Below the pieces are notes generated by a model. It saw only the letters and a list, made by a program, of their open reading frames with translations. It did no database searches and was not told the origin of the DNA. This document shows, piece after piece, positions 24,176-37,093 of a DNA stretch of 64,000 nt. The first letter of the stretch is position 1; each line of letters begins with the position of its first letter. This stretch comes from Ranitomeya imitator. Its lineage: Eukaryota. Both the position numbers and the translations under genes were made by a program. The stretch is taken from the NCBI RefSeq assembly GCF_032444005.1, contig NC_091291.1, positions 143,902,001 through 143,966,000 of the forward strand, read 5' to 3'.

Positions 24176-24874
24176 TTGCTGCCTATGAAGATGACAATTG
24201 TACTATATGATAAGACAGATGTGAACATCATCCTGACAGGTTATGATGAGTGACCGCTCGGTCCTCGGTGTATTATGGGGTCAGGATTCTGTTCTGGCCA
24301 TGTTGTTCATTCATCTACTTGTTAGATTTTTCTCTTGTGATTTGACTTTTCAGCGCTGATTGCAGGACACGTTGTAAGAAATCATCTGTCGCATTGTCTC
24401 TATGGAAATGTTGTCTTTTCCAATTATCTCCAGGCTGAAGTCGTTCTCGGTGGGAATCTTCAGGCTCTGATGAATTTGCTGCAAGTTACTTTGATTATAA
24501 TTAAAAAGAAAGCTAATTAAAAAGTTCCTGTTTCCAATCCTACAGAGGAGAAAGCGTGACAGACACGGAGATCACCTGGTGTGCCGTGTTCTTGCCTGTC
24601 CACACATACACCGAGGAGAATCCCAGCCACCGTGCCAAGGTCAAAGACCCAATTCTAATTCCACCCTTCAGATACAGACAATTGGGGGAGCTGCCCTCTG
24701 CAAGAGTCATATTCACCTATGCAACACTATCTCGATCGATCATCATCATTTTTCTATCTCTTTTTATCTATCTAAATCTATTGTGACAAAGTCACTGGCC
24801 TAGTGCTGGAGGTGAGATACGTTTCACTGAGGCTATTAGTTTCCGTATTGCGGTGATAAACTCCTCACTCCCAA

Positions 24875-25250
24875 ATGTTGGATTTGGTACGGAAGTGGTT
24901 GCAGCTGGACTCCTCCTCTCCGGCCCAGATGGTAGAGCGGGTCGTAATGGACAGATGTATCCACTCCCTTTCTAGGCCGGTGCAGACCTGGGTTGCCCAC
25001 GGGCACTCCCGAAATGCGGTCAACCTGGTGGGGCTCGTGGAAAAGTATCAGGTGGCTGAGAGGTCCCTAAGAAAGCAAGGGGGGTGCATCCCCATACTGG
25101 GGTTCCCAGAGGGGGCCTGAATCCAAAATAGGGTTAGTAGAGCCACCACTGGGGGCAGTCCCAGGGCGTTGCTGAGAGTTTGTCAAAGGCCACAGTTAAA
25201 GACTTGCTCTGCTGGAGATGCCACAGTCTTGAACACATAGCTACCTGTTG
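24875..25250 (+). pseudogene. Gag remnant: SCAN-like capsid domain and degenerate zinc knuckle
   Basis: 'LDLVRKWLQLDSSSPAQMVERVVMDRCIHSL...VQTWVAHGH...LVGLVEKY' and 'CWRCHSLEHIATCC'. Confidence 0.75.
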
Positions 25251-25599
25251 TCTTATGTCTGCCAAACAGATGGATTGCAGCAGTGTTTGGACTCTCGGTG
25301 ACCTTGGTAAGGGCCACGTTCCTCCACCAGTTGATCCACGGAGAACGTGGCTGTTTGCTATATTCACTGGAACGCCAAGGACTTCCCTGTTGCCAAAGTG
25401 TCTATGAAAACGAACTGTCTTTGTGGTTAAGGACCTACTATACTACACCCGGTAATATTTGGGCTGGACTTTAGCTTGTTTTGGGACTTATGGCAGAAGG
25501 CGCAAGTACCAGGAGACTCAGACAGGAGCCAGTTTCACAATGATGAAACTCCATCGCAGTCAAAGGTGGAGGAGTTACCCCAGTGTGTCCTTGCCGGTG

Positions 25600-26580
25600 A
25601 CCAATGAGGCCGAGATTCCTGAACAGGGAGTTTCTGGAGAAAATTTTGGAACTGCTCAAATGTGGGATCTTACACTAAAAGGGGCATTTGACAATGTAAC
25701 TGTGATAAATGGGGTGGCTCGAGAGTCAGTGACTGACACCAGGTTTCCACACTATGCTTTAAATGAGGAGCTGCTATATCAGGTCACTAAACTAAGAGAG
25801 GAAGTGGCAGAGCAGTGGTTAGTCCAGGGTCCCTATATGTGTAGGGTACTAGACCTGGTCCATTCCTATGTCTTGTGTGGGCATCTGGGAGTAGACAAAA
25901 CTCAAGATTGAGTCCTTCAGAGGTTCCACTGGCCTGGGTGTCACAGAGAGATTGTTAATTACTGCTGGTCCTGCCCCAGTTGTTAGCGAACTGCTCCTGT
26001 ATATCAATTACGGAGTCCCTTAGTGATGTTGCCCATTATAGATGTCCCATAAGACTGGATTGCCATGGACATTGTAGGGCCTCTAGTTATGTCAGCTAGA
26101 GGGCACCAATTCATCCTAGTGGTGATGGACAACGCAACATGGTACCTGGAGGCGGTACCACTGAGAAACTCCTCAGCCAGGAGTATAGCCTGAGAGCTAG
26201 CCCTTATTTTATCCCGGATGGGCCTGCCAAAAGAGATCCTGATGAACCAAGGAATTCCTTTTGTGTCCGAAGTGATGAGGGAGTTGTGTAAGGCTCTCTA
26301 GATTACACAACTCTGGACATCGGTGTACCGTTCACAGATGGACGGCTTGGTGGAGAGGTTCAACAAGACATTGAAATCCATGCTTAATAACATTCTGGAG
26401 AAGGATGGCCTAGACTGGGATTGCCTACTGCTATACCTGTTGTTCTCTATCAGGGAAGTCCGACAGGCCTCTACGGGGATCTCATTGTTTGAGCTGCTAT
26501 ACGGACGGCACCCTATGGTACTTTGGGAAATTTTAAAGGAGACCTGGGAGGCAGAGGTTCCAAGCCACCGGAGCATCATG
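25600..26580 (+). pseudogene. Integrase remnant (H2C2 + rve core), continuing at 29675-29830 and 30275-30400
   Basis: 'HSYVLCGHLGVDKTQD', 'IAMDIVGPL...GHQFILVV', 'YRSQMDGLVERFNKTLKSML', 'LLFSIREVRQASTG', 'KWQGPYEV'; stops and frameshifts. Confidence 0.9.
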
Positions 26581-29500
26581 AGATGTGAACTATACGGCCA
26601 GGAAAAAATATGCAGCTAATGAATTCTTTTGAGAACCTTGATATTAGAAGTGGAAATAAAGAACAAAAACAACAAATTCTGAATGAAAATTGAGGCGCGA
26701 GAGAAGCTGACTACAAACTAAAATGTGTCTATACAAATGCACAGAGCATGGGAAACAAGGAGAATTGGAGCTGCTAACACAGGAAGAGATTTATAATGTC
26801 ATAGGCATTACTGAAACTTAGTAGGATGATACACATGATAGGAATACAAATCTTGAAGGTTACAACTTATTAAATACAGGATTAACAGGAGGGAAGGAGG
26901 TGTTGCACTGTATTTTAACAAAACATATCTCTACAGAGATCCAAGCTTCAGAGACTGGTAGCTCTGTAGAAACTGGGTAAGAACACAAGGAGAGAAAGAC
27001 AGAATGTACACTATTGTAGGTTTTTACTATAGGTCACCTGGACAGACTGAAGATATGGATGAACTCTTTTTACATCAGAGGCCTCTGTTCTCAATAAAGT
27101 ATGAAATAGTGATCCTAGGATATCTTAACTATCCAGATATTTGTTGGGAATCTCTCTCAGGTAAAAGTACTGGGTCCAGAAAATTATTATTTTCTCTTGC
27201 TGACAACTTTATCTTCCAAAAGTTAGAAGAGAGAACAAAAGCATCTGCAATCTTGGACCTAATTCTTACCAACAGGAAGGAAATGGTTTAGAAAGGAAAG
27301 GTGGCTGGGAATTTAGGAGGCAGCGATCATGCTATGCTCGAATTGTGGATTACAAGAGGAGGAAGACCAGCATGGACTCAGACTTTAAGGTTGGAATTCA
27401 GAAAGGCAGATTTTAGTTGACTCAGAAAGAGGATAGGAAAGGTGCTGTGGCCGGATGTTCTAAAGGACAGAAATGTCCAAGAAGGATCGGAGATTTTGCT
27501 AAATGAAGTTCTCACTGTACAATCAGTAACAATCCTGAAAAGAAGGAAAAATTGGAAGAATTTAAAGAGACCAAAATGGATGAACACAGAACGTCATCAC
27601 TTGTTAAAATGGAAAAAAGATATGTATATCAAATGGAAAGAGGGGGTATACCTAAAGAAGAATATAATGCTGTCTGCAGGGAATGCAGGGCAAGAGTTAG
27701 AAGAGCTAAAGCCAGAAATAAATAAAGGCTTGTAAGGGAGAGCAAACGCAGCAAAAAAAGGCTTATGAGGTCAAAAATCAAAAGAAAAATCAAAGATACT
27801 ATAGGATGTTAACAGAATGAAAAGGGTGAAGTGGTCAAAAATTATGTTGAGAAGCCAAACTTCTAAATTCCTATTTTGTATCTGTGTTCTCTAAGAAAGA
27901 AATTATAACATCAAATGATCCTCACGGTGCCATTGAAGGAATAAAAGAATCCACATTATACATAAACAAAGAGATGGTGAGAGTACACTTAGCTAATTTA
28001 AATGAATTTAAATCTCCTGGTTCAGATTAATTTCATCCTACTGTAGGGTACTGTGCAAATTGTCTCTTCAGAGAGGAAAAGGACTAGAACTCTAGTGCTA
28101 CCTATTGAAATAAGCAATCCTAACAGTCAATGTTGACCCTTTAACAAGCCTTGTTACATGACTTAGGATAAAAGCCAAACCAGAATCTCAATTTGCAGAC
28201 ACTGTGAGGTAATTGCAGAATCACTAGCCAGAATTTGTGAAAAATCCTGGAAAAAAAGGAGAAGTACCAGAAAATTGGAGAAGGGCAAATGTTGTCCCTA
28301 TCTTCAAAAAAGAAAAGAAGATGGAGCCAGGAAATTACAGGCTAATGAGCCTTACTTCTATACCAGGAAAGATCTTTGAATAAATTGTTAAACAAACTGG
28401 ATGTAAGTACTTGGCTAAGAATTCAGTAATAAACCAGAGCCAGCATCGGTTTGTAGCAAACAAGTCATGCCAAACTAATCTCATTCCCTTCTATGATGGA
28501 ATCACTGACTGGGTGGATCAGGGAAATGCAGTAGATATAGTATATCTCAACCTCAGCAAAGCATTAGATAAAGTATCTCATACTATCCTTATTGAAAAAA
28601 ATACCAAGTATGGGATTGACAAGGCTACAGTTAGGTGGATTCTTAACTGACTCAGTGATCGTACTCAAAGAATAGTAATAAATTGTTGCACATTCAATTA
28701 GAAGAGTGTTTCCAGTGGGGTCTGTCCTGACCCCAGTGTTACAAGTGTGATCCACAAGGCTCTTTCCTGGCCCCAGTGTTACAAGTGGGATCTGCAAGGC
28801 TCTGTCCTAGCCCCACTGTTGTTCAACATTTTTATAAATGATCTAGATAATGGAACTGAAGGTAAGCTAATCAAATTTGCAGAAAATGCAAAGCCAGGAG
28901 GGATAGCGAACACTGGAGAAGACTGAGAAAGGATTCAGAAGGATCTAGATAATCTTGAACAATGGGCAGCAACTAATAGAATGGTATTTAAAAGGGAGAA
29001 ATACAAGATTCTACATCTGGACAAGAAAAGTGAAAATTACATATACAACATAGGAAGAAAAGAACTAACAGCACGTGTGAAAAAGACTTGAGTATACTAA
29101 TAGATCACAGACTTCACATAAATCAACAGTGTGATGCAGCAGCAAAAAAGGCAAAGACCATTCTAGGATGTATTAAGTGAAGCATAGAGTCTAGATCAAG
29201 TGAAGTAATTATCCCCATCTACTCCTCCTTGGCCTGGAATACAATGTCCAGTTCTGTGCACCACATATTAAAAAAAAGACATTGAAAAACTGGAGCAAAT
29301 TCCGAGAAAAGGTACCAGGAGGGTGAGCGGACTGCAAAGTATTAAATACGAAGAATGGTTAAAGGATCTGGAAATGTTTAGCTTGCAAAAATAAAGGCTA
29401 AGAGGAGACCTAATAGCTGTCTACAAATATCTGAAGGGCTGTCACAGTGTAGAGGGATCATCATTATTTTCATTTGCACATGGAAACACAAGAAGCAATG

Positions 29501-29673
29501 GAATGAAACTGAAAAGAAGATACAGATTAGATATTAGAAAAAATTTTTTGACAGTGAGGGTGATCAATGAGTGGAACATCTGTCTGAGATGGTTTAGTGA
29601 ATCCTGTGCTGCATTGAGCAGGGAGTTAGACACGATGACCCTGGAAGTCCCTTCCAATTCTAACATTCTATGA
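26580..29673 (+). mobile_element. CR1 LINE, 5'-truncated, degenerate APE-RT ORF2, inserted in the Gypsy integrase
   Basis: 'KCVYTNAQSMGNK', 'LDLILTNRKEMV', 'QHRFVANKSCQTNLI...AVDIVYL..SKALDKVSH'; 3' end CCCTTCCAA..ATTCTATGAT; ATCAT on both sides. Confidence 0.9.
28057..28206 (-). mobile_element. Second, shorter copy of the retrozyme-like element, truncated within the hammerhead
   Basis: AATTGTCTCTTCAGAGAGG...CCAGAATCTCAATTTGCAGACACTGTG matches 1978-2126; ACTGTG on both sides (28050-28055, 28201-28206). Confidence 0.85.
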
Positions 29674-29827
29674 TCATCGAGCATGTGGCCCAGAGGCAGG
29701 ACTGGATTGCAAATGTGATGCTGATTGCGAAGGAGAGCCTCCTTCAAGCACAAGAGGCCCAGAAAAGGGTCTACAATTGGGCAGGAAGGCTGAGACAGTT
29801 TAGCCATGGAGACTGGGTATTGATGTT

Positions 29828-30103
29828 AATCCAAACAGGAAGAAAATAGCAGCACCACACAAGTCTTCCAATAAAAAAAAACCTTTGTCCTTTATTTCAA
29901 CAACGTGCTGTGGACAAGGTTGCAGAGGGCAGGACAGTTGCAAGACGAACTGGTTAGGTTAATGTCCATTAACCTAACCAGTTCGTCTTGCAACTGTCCT
30001 GCCCTCTGTAACCTTGTCCACAGCACGTTGTTGAAATAAAGGACAAAGGTTTTTTTTTATTGGAAGACTTGTGTGGTGCTACTATTTTATTCCTGTTTGG
30101 ATT
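29828..30103. repeat. Near-perfect 276-bp palindrome within a ~445-bp insertion (29831-30274)
   Basis: 137-bp arms, 2-nt spacer (29965-29966), about 3 mismatches; TGATGTTAAT duplicated at 29821-29830 and 30275-30284. Confidence 0.93.
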
Positions 30104-30829
30104 TCCACTCATGTTTTTTCAAGCAAGCACGCCTTATTCCAGTGGATTACCGTTTGGTGGGGTTGTCAACTCAGCTCCTCCTACTGGACTCTGCAAAGAC
30201 TGCTCAAACAGTGAGTACTCACCTGTTTCTTAGTGCCATTCAGCTTTTTTTCTTGTTTTTTTATGGACTGCGTATGATGTTAATACCCACTGTCGAAAGT
30301 CAATTTCTGGCCAAGTGGCAGGGGCCTTACGAGGTGGTCGAAAATTTGTGACGTAAACTAAAAGGTCCACCAGCCAGGGAGAAGATAACTGTACCAAGTG
30401 TACCACATCAACCTACGCAAACAGTGGCAAGACAGAGAACCAGTGGAAGCTACATGTCTTGGTGCCAATCTTGGAGTCAGGGTCGAGGATGTCACAGTGG
30501 CAGAGACCCTGTCACTGACCCAGAAACAGCAGTGCCGAGAACTGCTTCAGCCGAACCGTGATCTGTTATCGGAGTTGCCAGGATGTACGCAGGTTGTGAA
30601 GCATGAAATCCTGACGGATCCGCATGTGAGGGTGAACCAAAAGCTGTATCGGACTCCCAAAGCCCGCCATGAAGTGATCTCCAAGGAGGTGAGGAGAATG
30701 TTGTTGAGCTTGGGCGTGATCAAGGGGTCAAAGAGCGGCTGGTCCAGCCCCATTATCCTTGTGTCGAAGCCAGATGGAGAGTAGCGTTTCTGTAATGACT
30801 ACAGGAAGCTAAATGAGGTGACCAAGTTC

Positions 30830-33733
30830 CAGGCCGGCTCTAGGTTTTCATGGGCCTCGGGCTAAAGAGTCTCAGTGGGCCCCTTTAACACATACCACAA
30901 TTCATGATGTACAGATATGGCAGATAAATATAGGCATATTACAATGCCTAAGATTTCACTTCTTACATTACATGAGTGATACCAATAGCTCAGAAACTGG
31001 ACAGTATAGTCGTCCATACAGTATAATGGGAATCACATAGTCCTCCATACACAATAATGAGCCCCATATATTGCTCCATACAGTATTATGGGAATCACAT
31101 AGTGCTCCATGCAGAATAATGAGCCCCATATATTGCTCCAAACAGAATAATGGACCCCATATAATGCTCCAAACTGAATAATGAGCCCCATATATTGCTC
31201 CATATACAATAATCGGCCCCATATAATGCTTCACACAGTATAATGAGCACCACATAATGCTCCATACAAAATAATGAGCCCTATACATTGCTCTATACAG
31301 TATTATGGGCACCACATAGTGCTCAATATAGTATGGTCCCCATATAATGCTCCATATAGAATAAAGGACCCCATATGTTGCTCCATACAGAATAATGAGC
31401 CAGCTATATTGCTCCATACAGTATATAATAGGCCCCATATATTGCTCCATATAGTATAATGAGCCCCATGTTTTGCTCCATACAGAATAGGCCCCATGTA
31501 ATGCTCTATACACCACCGCCAGAGCTGCTGCACCCCCGACCTTCTGTCTCATCCCCATTATCCCATAAAATGTAAGTCCGCAAGGACAGGGTCCTCTCCC
31601 CTCTGTACCAGTCTGTCATTGTAAATTTGTTTACTGTAAATTATATCTATAACTCTGTACATAACCCCTTTCTCAAGTACAGCACCATGGAATTAATGGT
31701 GCTATATAAATAATAATAATAATGATGGGCACCATATAATGCTCCAATATATGATGGGCCTAAATTGCTCTAAATAGAATGAGCCCCATTAGATGCTCCA
31801 TATATAATGGGCCCAATATACTGCTTCATATTTAGTTGGCCCCATAAGATGCTTCATATGTAATTGGACCCATATATTATTATTTTTTATTATTATATAC
31901 TGCTTCAATTGTAATAGGCCGAATATACGGTACTGCTCCATATGTAATGAGCCCCATATACTGCTCCATATGTAATTGGCTCAATATACTGCTCCATATG
32001 TGATGGGCCCCATATACTGCTCCATATGTAATGGGCCCCATATACTGCTCCATATGTAATTGGCCCCATATACTGCTCCATATGTAATTGGCTCCATATA
32101 TTGCTCTAAATGTAATGGGCCCCATATACTGTTCCATATGTAATTGACTCCATATACTGCTCCATATGTGATGGGCCCCATATACTGCTTTATATGTAAT
32201 TGGCTCCATATACTGCTCCATATGTAAATGGCTCAATATACTGCTCCATATGTGATGGGCTCCATATATTGCTCTATATGTAATAGGCCCCATATACTGC
32301 TCCATATGTAATTGGCTCCATATACTGCTCCATATGTAATTGGCTCCATATACTGCTCCATATGTGATGGGCCCCATATACTGCTTTATATGTAATTGGC
32401 TCAATATACTGTTCCATATGTAATTGACTCCATATACTGCTCCATATGTAATAGGACCCATATACTGCTCCATATGTGATGGGCCCCATATACTGCTTTA
32501 TATGTAATTGGCTCCATATACTGCTCCATATGTAATGGGCTCAATATACTGCTCCATATGTAATTGGCTCCATATACTGCTCCATATGTAATTGGCTCCA
32601 TATACTGCTCCATATGTAATTGGCTCCATATACTGCTCCATATGTAATGGGCTCCATATACTGCTCCATATGTAATGGGCCCCATATACTGCTTCATATG
32701 TGATGGGCCCCATATACTGCTCCATATGTAATTGGCTCCATATACTGCTCCATATGTAATTGGCTCCATATACTGCTCCATATGTAATTGGCTCCATATA
32801 CTGCTCCATATGTAATTGGCTCCATATACTGTTCCATATGTAATGGGCTCCATATACTGCTCCATATGTAATGGGCCCCATATACTGCTCCATATGTAAT
32901 GGGCTCCATATACTGCTCCATATGTGATGGGCCCCATATACTGCTCCATATGTGATGGGCCCCATATACTGCTTTATATGTAATTGGCTCCATATACTGC
33001 TCCATATGTAATGGGCCCCATATACTGCTCCATATGTAATTGGCTCAATATACTGCTCCATATGTAATTGGCTCAATATACTGTTCCATATGTAATTGAC
33101 TCCATATACTGCTCCATATGTAATTGGCTCAATATACTGCTCCATATGTAATTGGCTCCATATACTGCTTTATATGTAATTGGCTCCATATACTGCTCCA
33201 TATGTAATGGGCCCCATATACTGCTCCATATGTAATTGGCTCAATATACTGCTCCATATGTAATTGGCTCAATATACTGCTCCATATGTAATTGGCTCCA
33301 TATACTGCTCCATATGTAATTGGCTCCATATACTGCTCTATATGTAATTGGCTCCATATACTGCTCCATATGTAATTGGCCCCATAAGATGCTCCAAACA
33401 TTAAAAAAAATTAAATATTCACCTTTCCTCGCTGGCCGGTGCTCTGCTCCAGGCTCCTCGGCATCTTCTGGCTCTCTGCATTGTGACTGCTCAGGAAGAG
33501 GGCGCACAGTACTGACGTCATCGCGCCCTTTGACCTGAACGTCACAGTCAGAGTATGTGCAAGACGCCACAGCCGTGGAACCGGAAGAAGTATCACAAGT
33601 ACTGGGGCCCAGAGCAGGCGGGGAGGGGCACCGGCACAGGGCCCCCATAGCGTGCTGGTGTCCCCAATGGCAAGTGGGCCCCCCCACCTGCTCAGGGCCC
33701 CGGCACTTGCGCTGGGTGCTGACGCTATCTCTG
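30830..33733. mobile_element. Non-autonomous hAT-type element (2.9 kb, 8-bp TSD) filled with ~28-bp minisatellites
   Basis: CCAAGTTC at 30822-30829 and 33734-33741; ends CAG...CTG; internal CCATATACTGCTCCATATGTAATTGGCT array ~31930-33390. Confidence 0.85.
31511..31723 (+). mobile_element. Short L2 3' end, same family as 565-780
   Basis: Reverse complement of 565-780; AGCACCAT-GGAATTA-ATGGTGCT stem-loop and (TAA)n tail. Confidence 0.85.
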
Positions 33734-35305
33734 CCAAGTTCGATGCATATCTGATGCCCAGGGTCAATGAGCTCATTCAGAGGCTAAATTCACCCAGATG
33801 TATCACCACCCTAGACCTAACGAAAGGATACTGGCAAGTTCTCCTGTCCCTAAGCGCCAAGGAGAAGACGGCCTTCTCCATACCTGACGGGTGCTTTCAG
33901 TATACTAGGACGCCTTTTGGTCTGCAGGGAGAACCAGCTACCTTCCAGAGGGCTATGGACCGGATCCTAGCTTCTCTCAAAAAGTACGCCGCTGCTTATC
34001 TGGATGAGATTGTGACTTTCAGCCCGGATTGGGGAAGTCACCTGCAGAAGGTCCAGGCGGTACTGGATGCACTAAGGAAGGCAGGGTTTACTATAAACCC
34101 CAAGAAGTGCGCCATGGAGAAAGAAGTGGCAAAATCCTTGGGCTACATCATCGGGAGGGGCGAAATAAAGCTGCAAGTAAATAAGGCAGGGGCAATCCAA
34201 AATTGGCCGCAACTGGTCTCGAAGAAACAAGTTTGGACATTTCTGGGACTTGTGGGATACTATCGGCGATTTATTTGAGATTTCGTTATGATAGCCACCC
34301 CCCTGACTGATCTTCTTAAAGGCATGGAGACATCGATTTCCAAATTGTCCACTGAAGCAGAGATGGCGTTCCAGGGGTTGAAGCTCGAACATCCAGTCCT
34401 GTACCTGAGGAGGAAATTCTCCTCCTGTGAGAAGAACTATGCCATCATGGAGAAAGACTGCTTGACCATCAAGTGGGCAATCGACACGCTGAGGTACTGC
34501 CTGTTAGCCTGGAGCTTCAGCCTAGTGTCAGATCATGCACCACTGAGATGGAAGGGGAACAATGCCACAACTAGGTGGTTTTTAGCGCTCCAGAACTTTC
34601 GTTTTCATCTGGAGCACAGGCCTAGGAAACTGCATAGTAACACAGATGCCTTGTCCAGACTGCCCTGTTTAGGGAGTGAAGGTGCCCAGGCCCCTAGCAT
34701 TGGGCAGAGGGAGGGATTTGCGACAGTTACTGGCACTGTATGTGAGGGGAGATACGTTTCACTGAGGCCATTCGCTTCAGTGATTTGAAACTCAAAAGTT
34801 AGCTCCATAACACTGTGTTTAGAAGGGTTAATCGGCCATTTTAAGGGCTGGCTTTTTGTGGACAACCATAAAAAAGGTGGGAAGTTGTCCACCTTATCTC
34901 CACCCCAGGGTGTGGTCTAGGGTTAAAATAGTCGGCCTTCTGAGGCATTCAGAGTTCGGTAGGCCTGGAGAGTGGAACTCCAGTGCTACGTGTCCTAGCA
35001 AGGAAGCTGAACCATTATATTTGAATTTTCCTGAATGGACGAATCCCAGCAACAACATGGACTGTGCTGTATGTTATGTTTTGTTTTTTTCTTAGTCCAG
35101 AAAGGCCTTGTTTATTTTTGCTAACTCTGCACAGGCTTATGCAGCACTCCTAATAAACCAGTGAGAGTCTTAAAGAGACAGTGTTCCTTTGTCTACCTTT
35201 GTGTGCAGCCAAGTGAGTCTAAGTATCTAAATATCTATTATACGTCATCTATCTATGATCTGTCTATTGTCTGTCTGTCTATTATTTATTTATCTATTAT
35301 CTATC

Positions 35306-35456
35306 NNNNNNNNNNNNNNNNNNNNNNNNNNNNNNNNNNNNNNNNNNNNNNNNNNNNNNNNNNNNNNNNNNNNNNNNNNNNNNNNNNNNNNNNNNNNNNN
35401 NNNNNNNNNNNNNNNNNNNNNNNNNNNNNNNNNNNNNNNNNNNNNNNNNNNNNNNN
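35306..35456. other. Assembly gap (151 N) after a (TATC)n-like microsatellite
   Basis: Run of N. Confidence 0.99.
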
Positions 35457-37093
35457 TCTTAACTTTTGTTAGAACTACCCGACAACCTTTGTACGGGGGG
35501 AGGGGGGGGAGCAGAAGTTTCCTACTTTCTTGATGGATGGTCTTAGCTCAGAAACATTACAAGCCCCCATGGGGTGATGCTCAGATCTTACAAGTTACAA
35601 GTCACAAAGTGTAAACTGCTTTTTCATAGCCTTGAAATCAAGTAACCATCTGAGATACAAGAGGAAGATTGACTTAACCCCTCCATGTCCAGGACGTCTT
35701 AGCCCTCTGGGCTACTGACCAACGAGATCTGAGCATTTATAAAGTAAAGTCTATAATGTGACAATTTTAGGAGCCCCTGGTGTAAAGCAAATGATTTGTG
35801 GATTCTTCAATTATGCGAAAAGTGCACAACGGGAACTGGGTGCCCCCCAGCACAAAACAACGAGGCGCATTCACTAGCGACCTGCATATTGGGAGAAGAG
35901 AGAGCGGCTGTAATTTCAGGAGCTTGCTTTAATTAAAGAAGTCTCAATAGTTTCCTTGTTTATGTCCGAAACCTTATCACATAGTAAGAAATTCACCGAT
36001 CTTCCATCACACAGCTAGTACACGAATGAAGCAGACAGGTGAGAAGCACAAGACGTGCTCATTGAGGGAGGACAGAAAAAAGAAGAGGAGAAAAGAGGAG
36101 GAGGAAGGAAGAAGACTGGGAGGATGGAATAAAAGAGTAAGAAGGAATAAGAAGAGAAGGAAGGCAAAGGGGATGAGGAAAGAAACTTGACCTAAGGGTC
36201 ACAACCTGGCTTCTCCAAACAGCTCCATGGAGCCAGGCGACCGGTGGGTCCCAATCCTGGCTTTCTCCAAACATATCCATGGTTCAGCGATGGTCAATGG
36301 AGCAGATCTGTATTCTTCCAACCGGGGAAGAGATTCCCTAGGTTGTTTCCTGTAGAATGATAGATCTGCATCCCTCGTGATGGAGCCATGATAAATTGGC
36401 AGCAGTCCTGTAGGATCCCCTAGATGTTTTTATGTCCTGGCAGAATCTCTGGCTGTCTCTCTATCCAGAGGCATGTAACCTATTTTTATACTTAACAAGT
36501 GTCCTTGATTCAGTATTTACATAAAGGTTAAGAATGGAGATGAGATCAAGTAGCATTACTTGATTTATTACTCTATTTGTATAGTTTTTCCACCTCTGTT
36601 TTAAAAATCAGCAAACTGCCTGGCCTAGAGAATTATTAATTAGCATATCAGTAAACATGACTAGTCATCAAGGATATGTGCACAATACAAGTCAATATTA
36701 CAGGTTTCCACAAATAAAGTCCTGATTTCTTGACCAGCCAGAAAGAAATGCTTAAAATCAAAAGCCAACATACAGATTACAGCCTATTCTTTATATATAT
36801 GTCTGGTAATTAAGATACAATGCTGTGTCTCCACAATTCACAATGGAGAAAATAAATCTAAACATAAAACCTACATTTTACTCACATAATGTGGCCATAT
36901 TTAACATTGTCAAACTAGTGAAAGGTCCTATAAAAGAGATGGAGTCTGGAGGGAAAACTGAATACCTAGCAAAGGCCAGAAATATGAATTCATCATGTGT
37001 ATACACAAGACAGCTTATGCGAAAGAGATTCTTGAAAGTACAATTACACTCACAATTAATAGGTTAAAAAAATCTAAATCCAAATTCACATAG

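Larger units (their letters stand above)
30398..34680 (+). pseudogene. Gypsy RT/RNase H remnant split by a hAT-type insertion
   Basis: 'WSSPIILVSKPDGE..FCNDYRKLNEVTKF' resumes as 'KFDAYLMPRV...LDLTKGYWQV...TPFGLQG..YLDEIV...FLGLVGYYRRFI', then 'LVSDHAPLRW'. Confidence 0.9.
24782..35220 (+). mobile_element. Degenerate Gmr1-like Gypsy LTR retrotransposon (SCAN-gag, integrase upstream of RT/RNase H) with nested insertions
   Basis: LTR starts TGTGACA..GAGATACGTTTCACTGAGG at 24782 and TGCGACA..GAGATACGTTTCACTGAGG at 34719 after a polypurine tract; domain order SCAN, knuckle, H2C2, INT, RT, RNase H. Confidence 0.85.

Noticed and set aside
24350-24539. Possible minus-strand terminal exon (strong acceptor, one open frame of ~63 aa)
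   Set aside because: Peptide unrecognised, no compatible upstream exon found, and the sequence is rich in homeodomain-type motifs; more likely non-coding.
30968-33401. 'MEQYMGPITYGAVYG' ORFs
   Set aside because: Translations of 27-28-bp minisatellites inside a non-autonomous element.
35161-35533. ORFs spanning the N run
   Set aside because: Gap artefacts.
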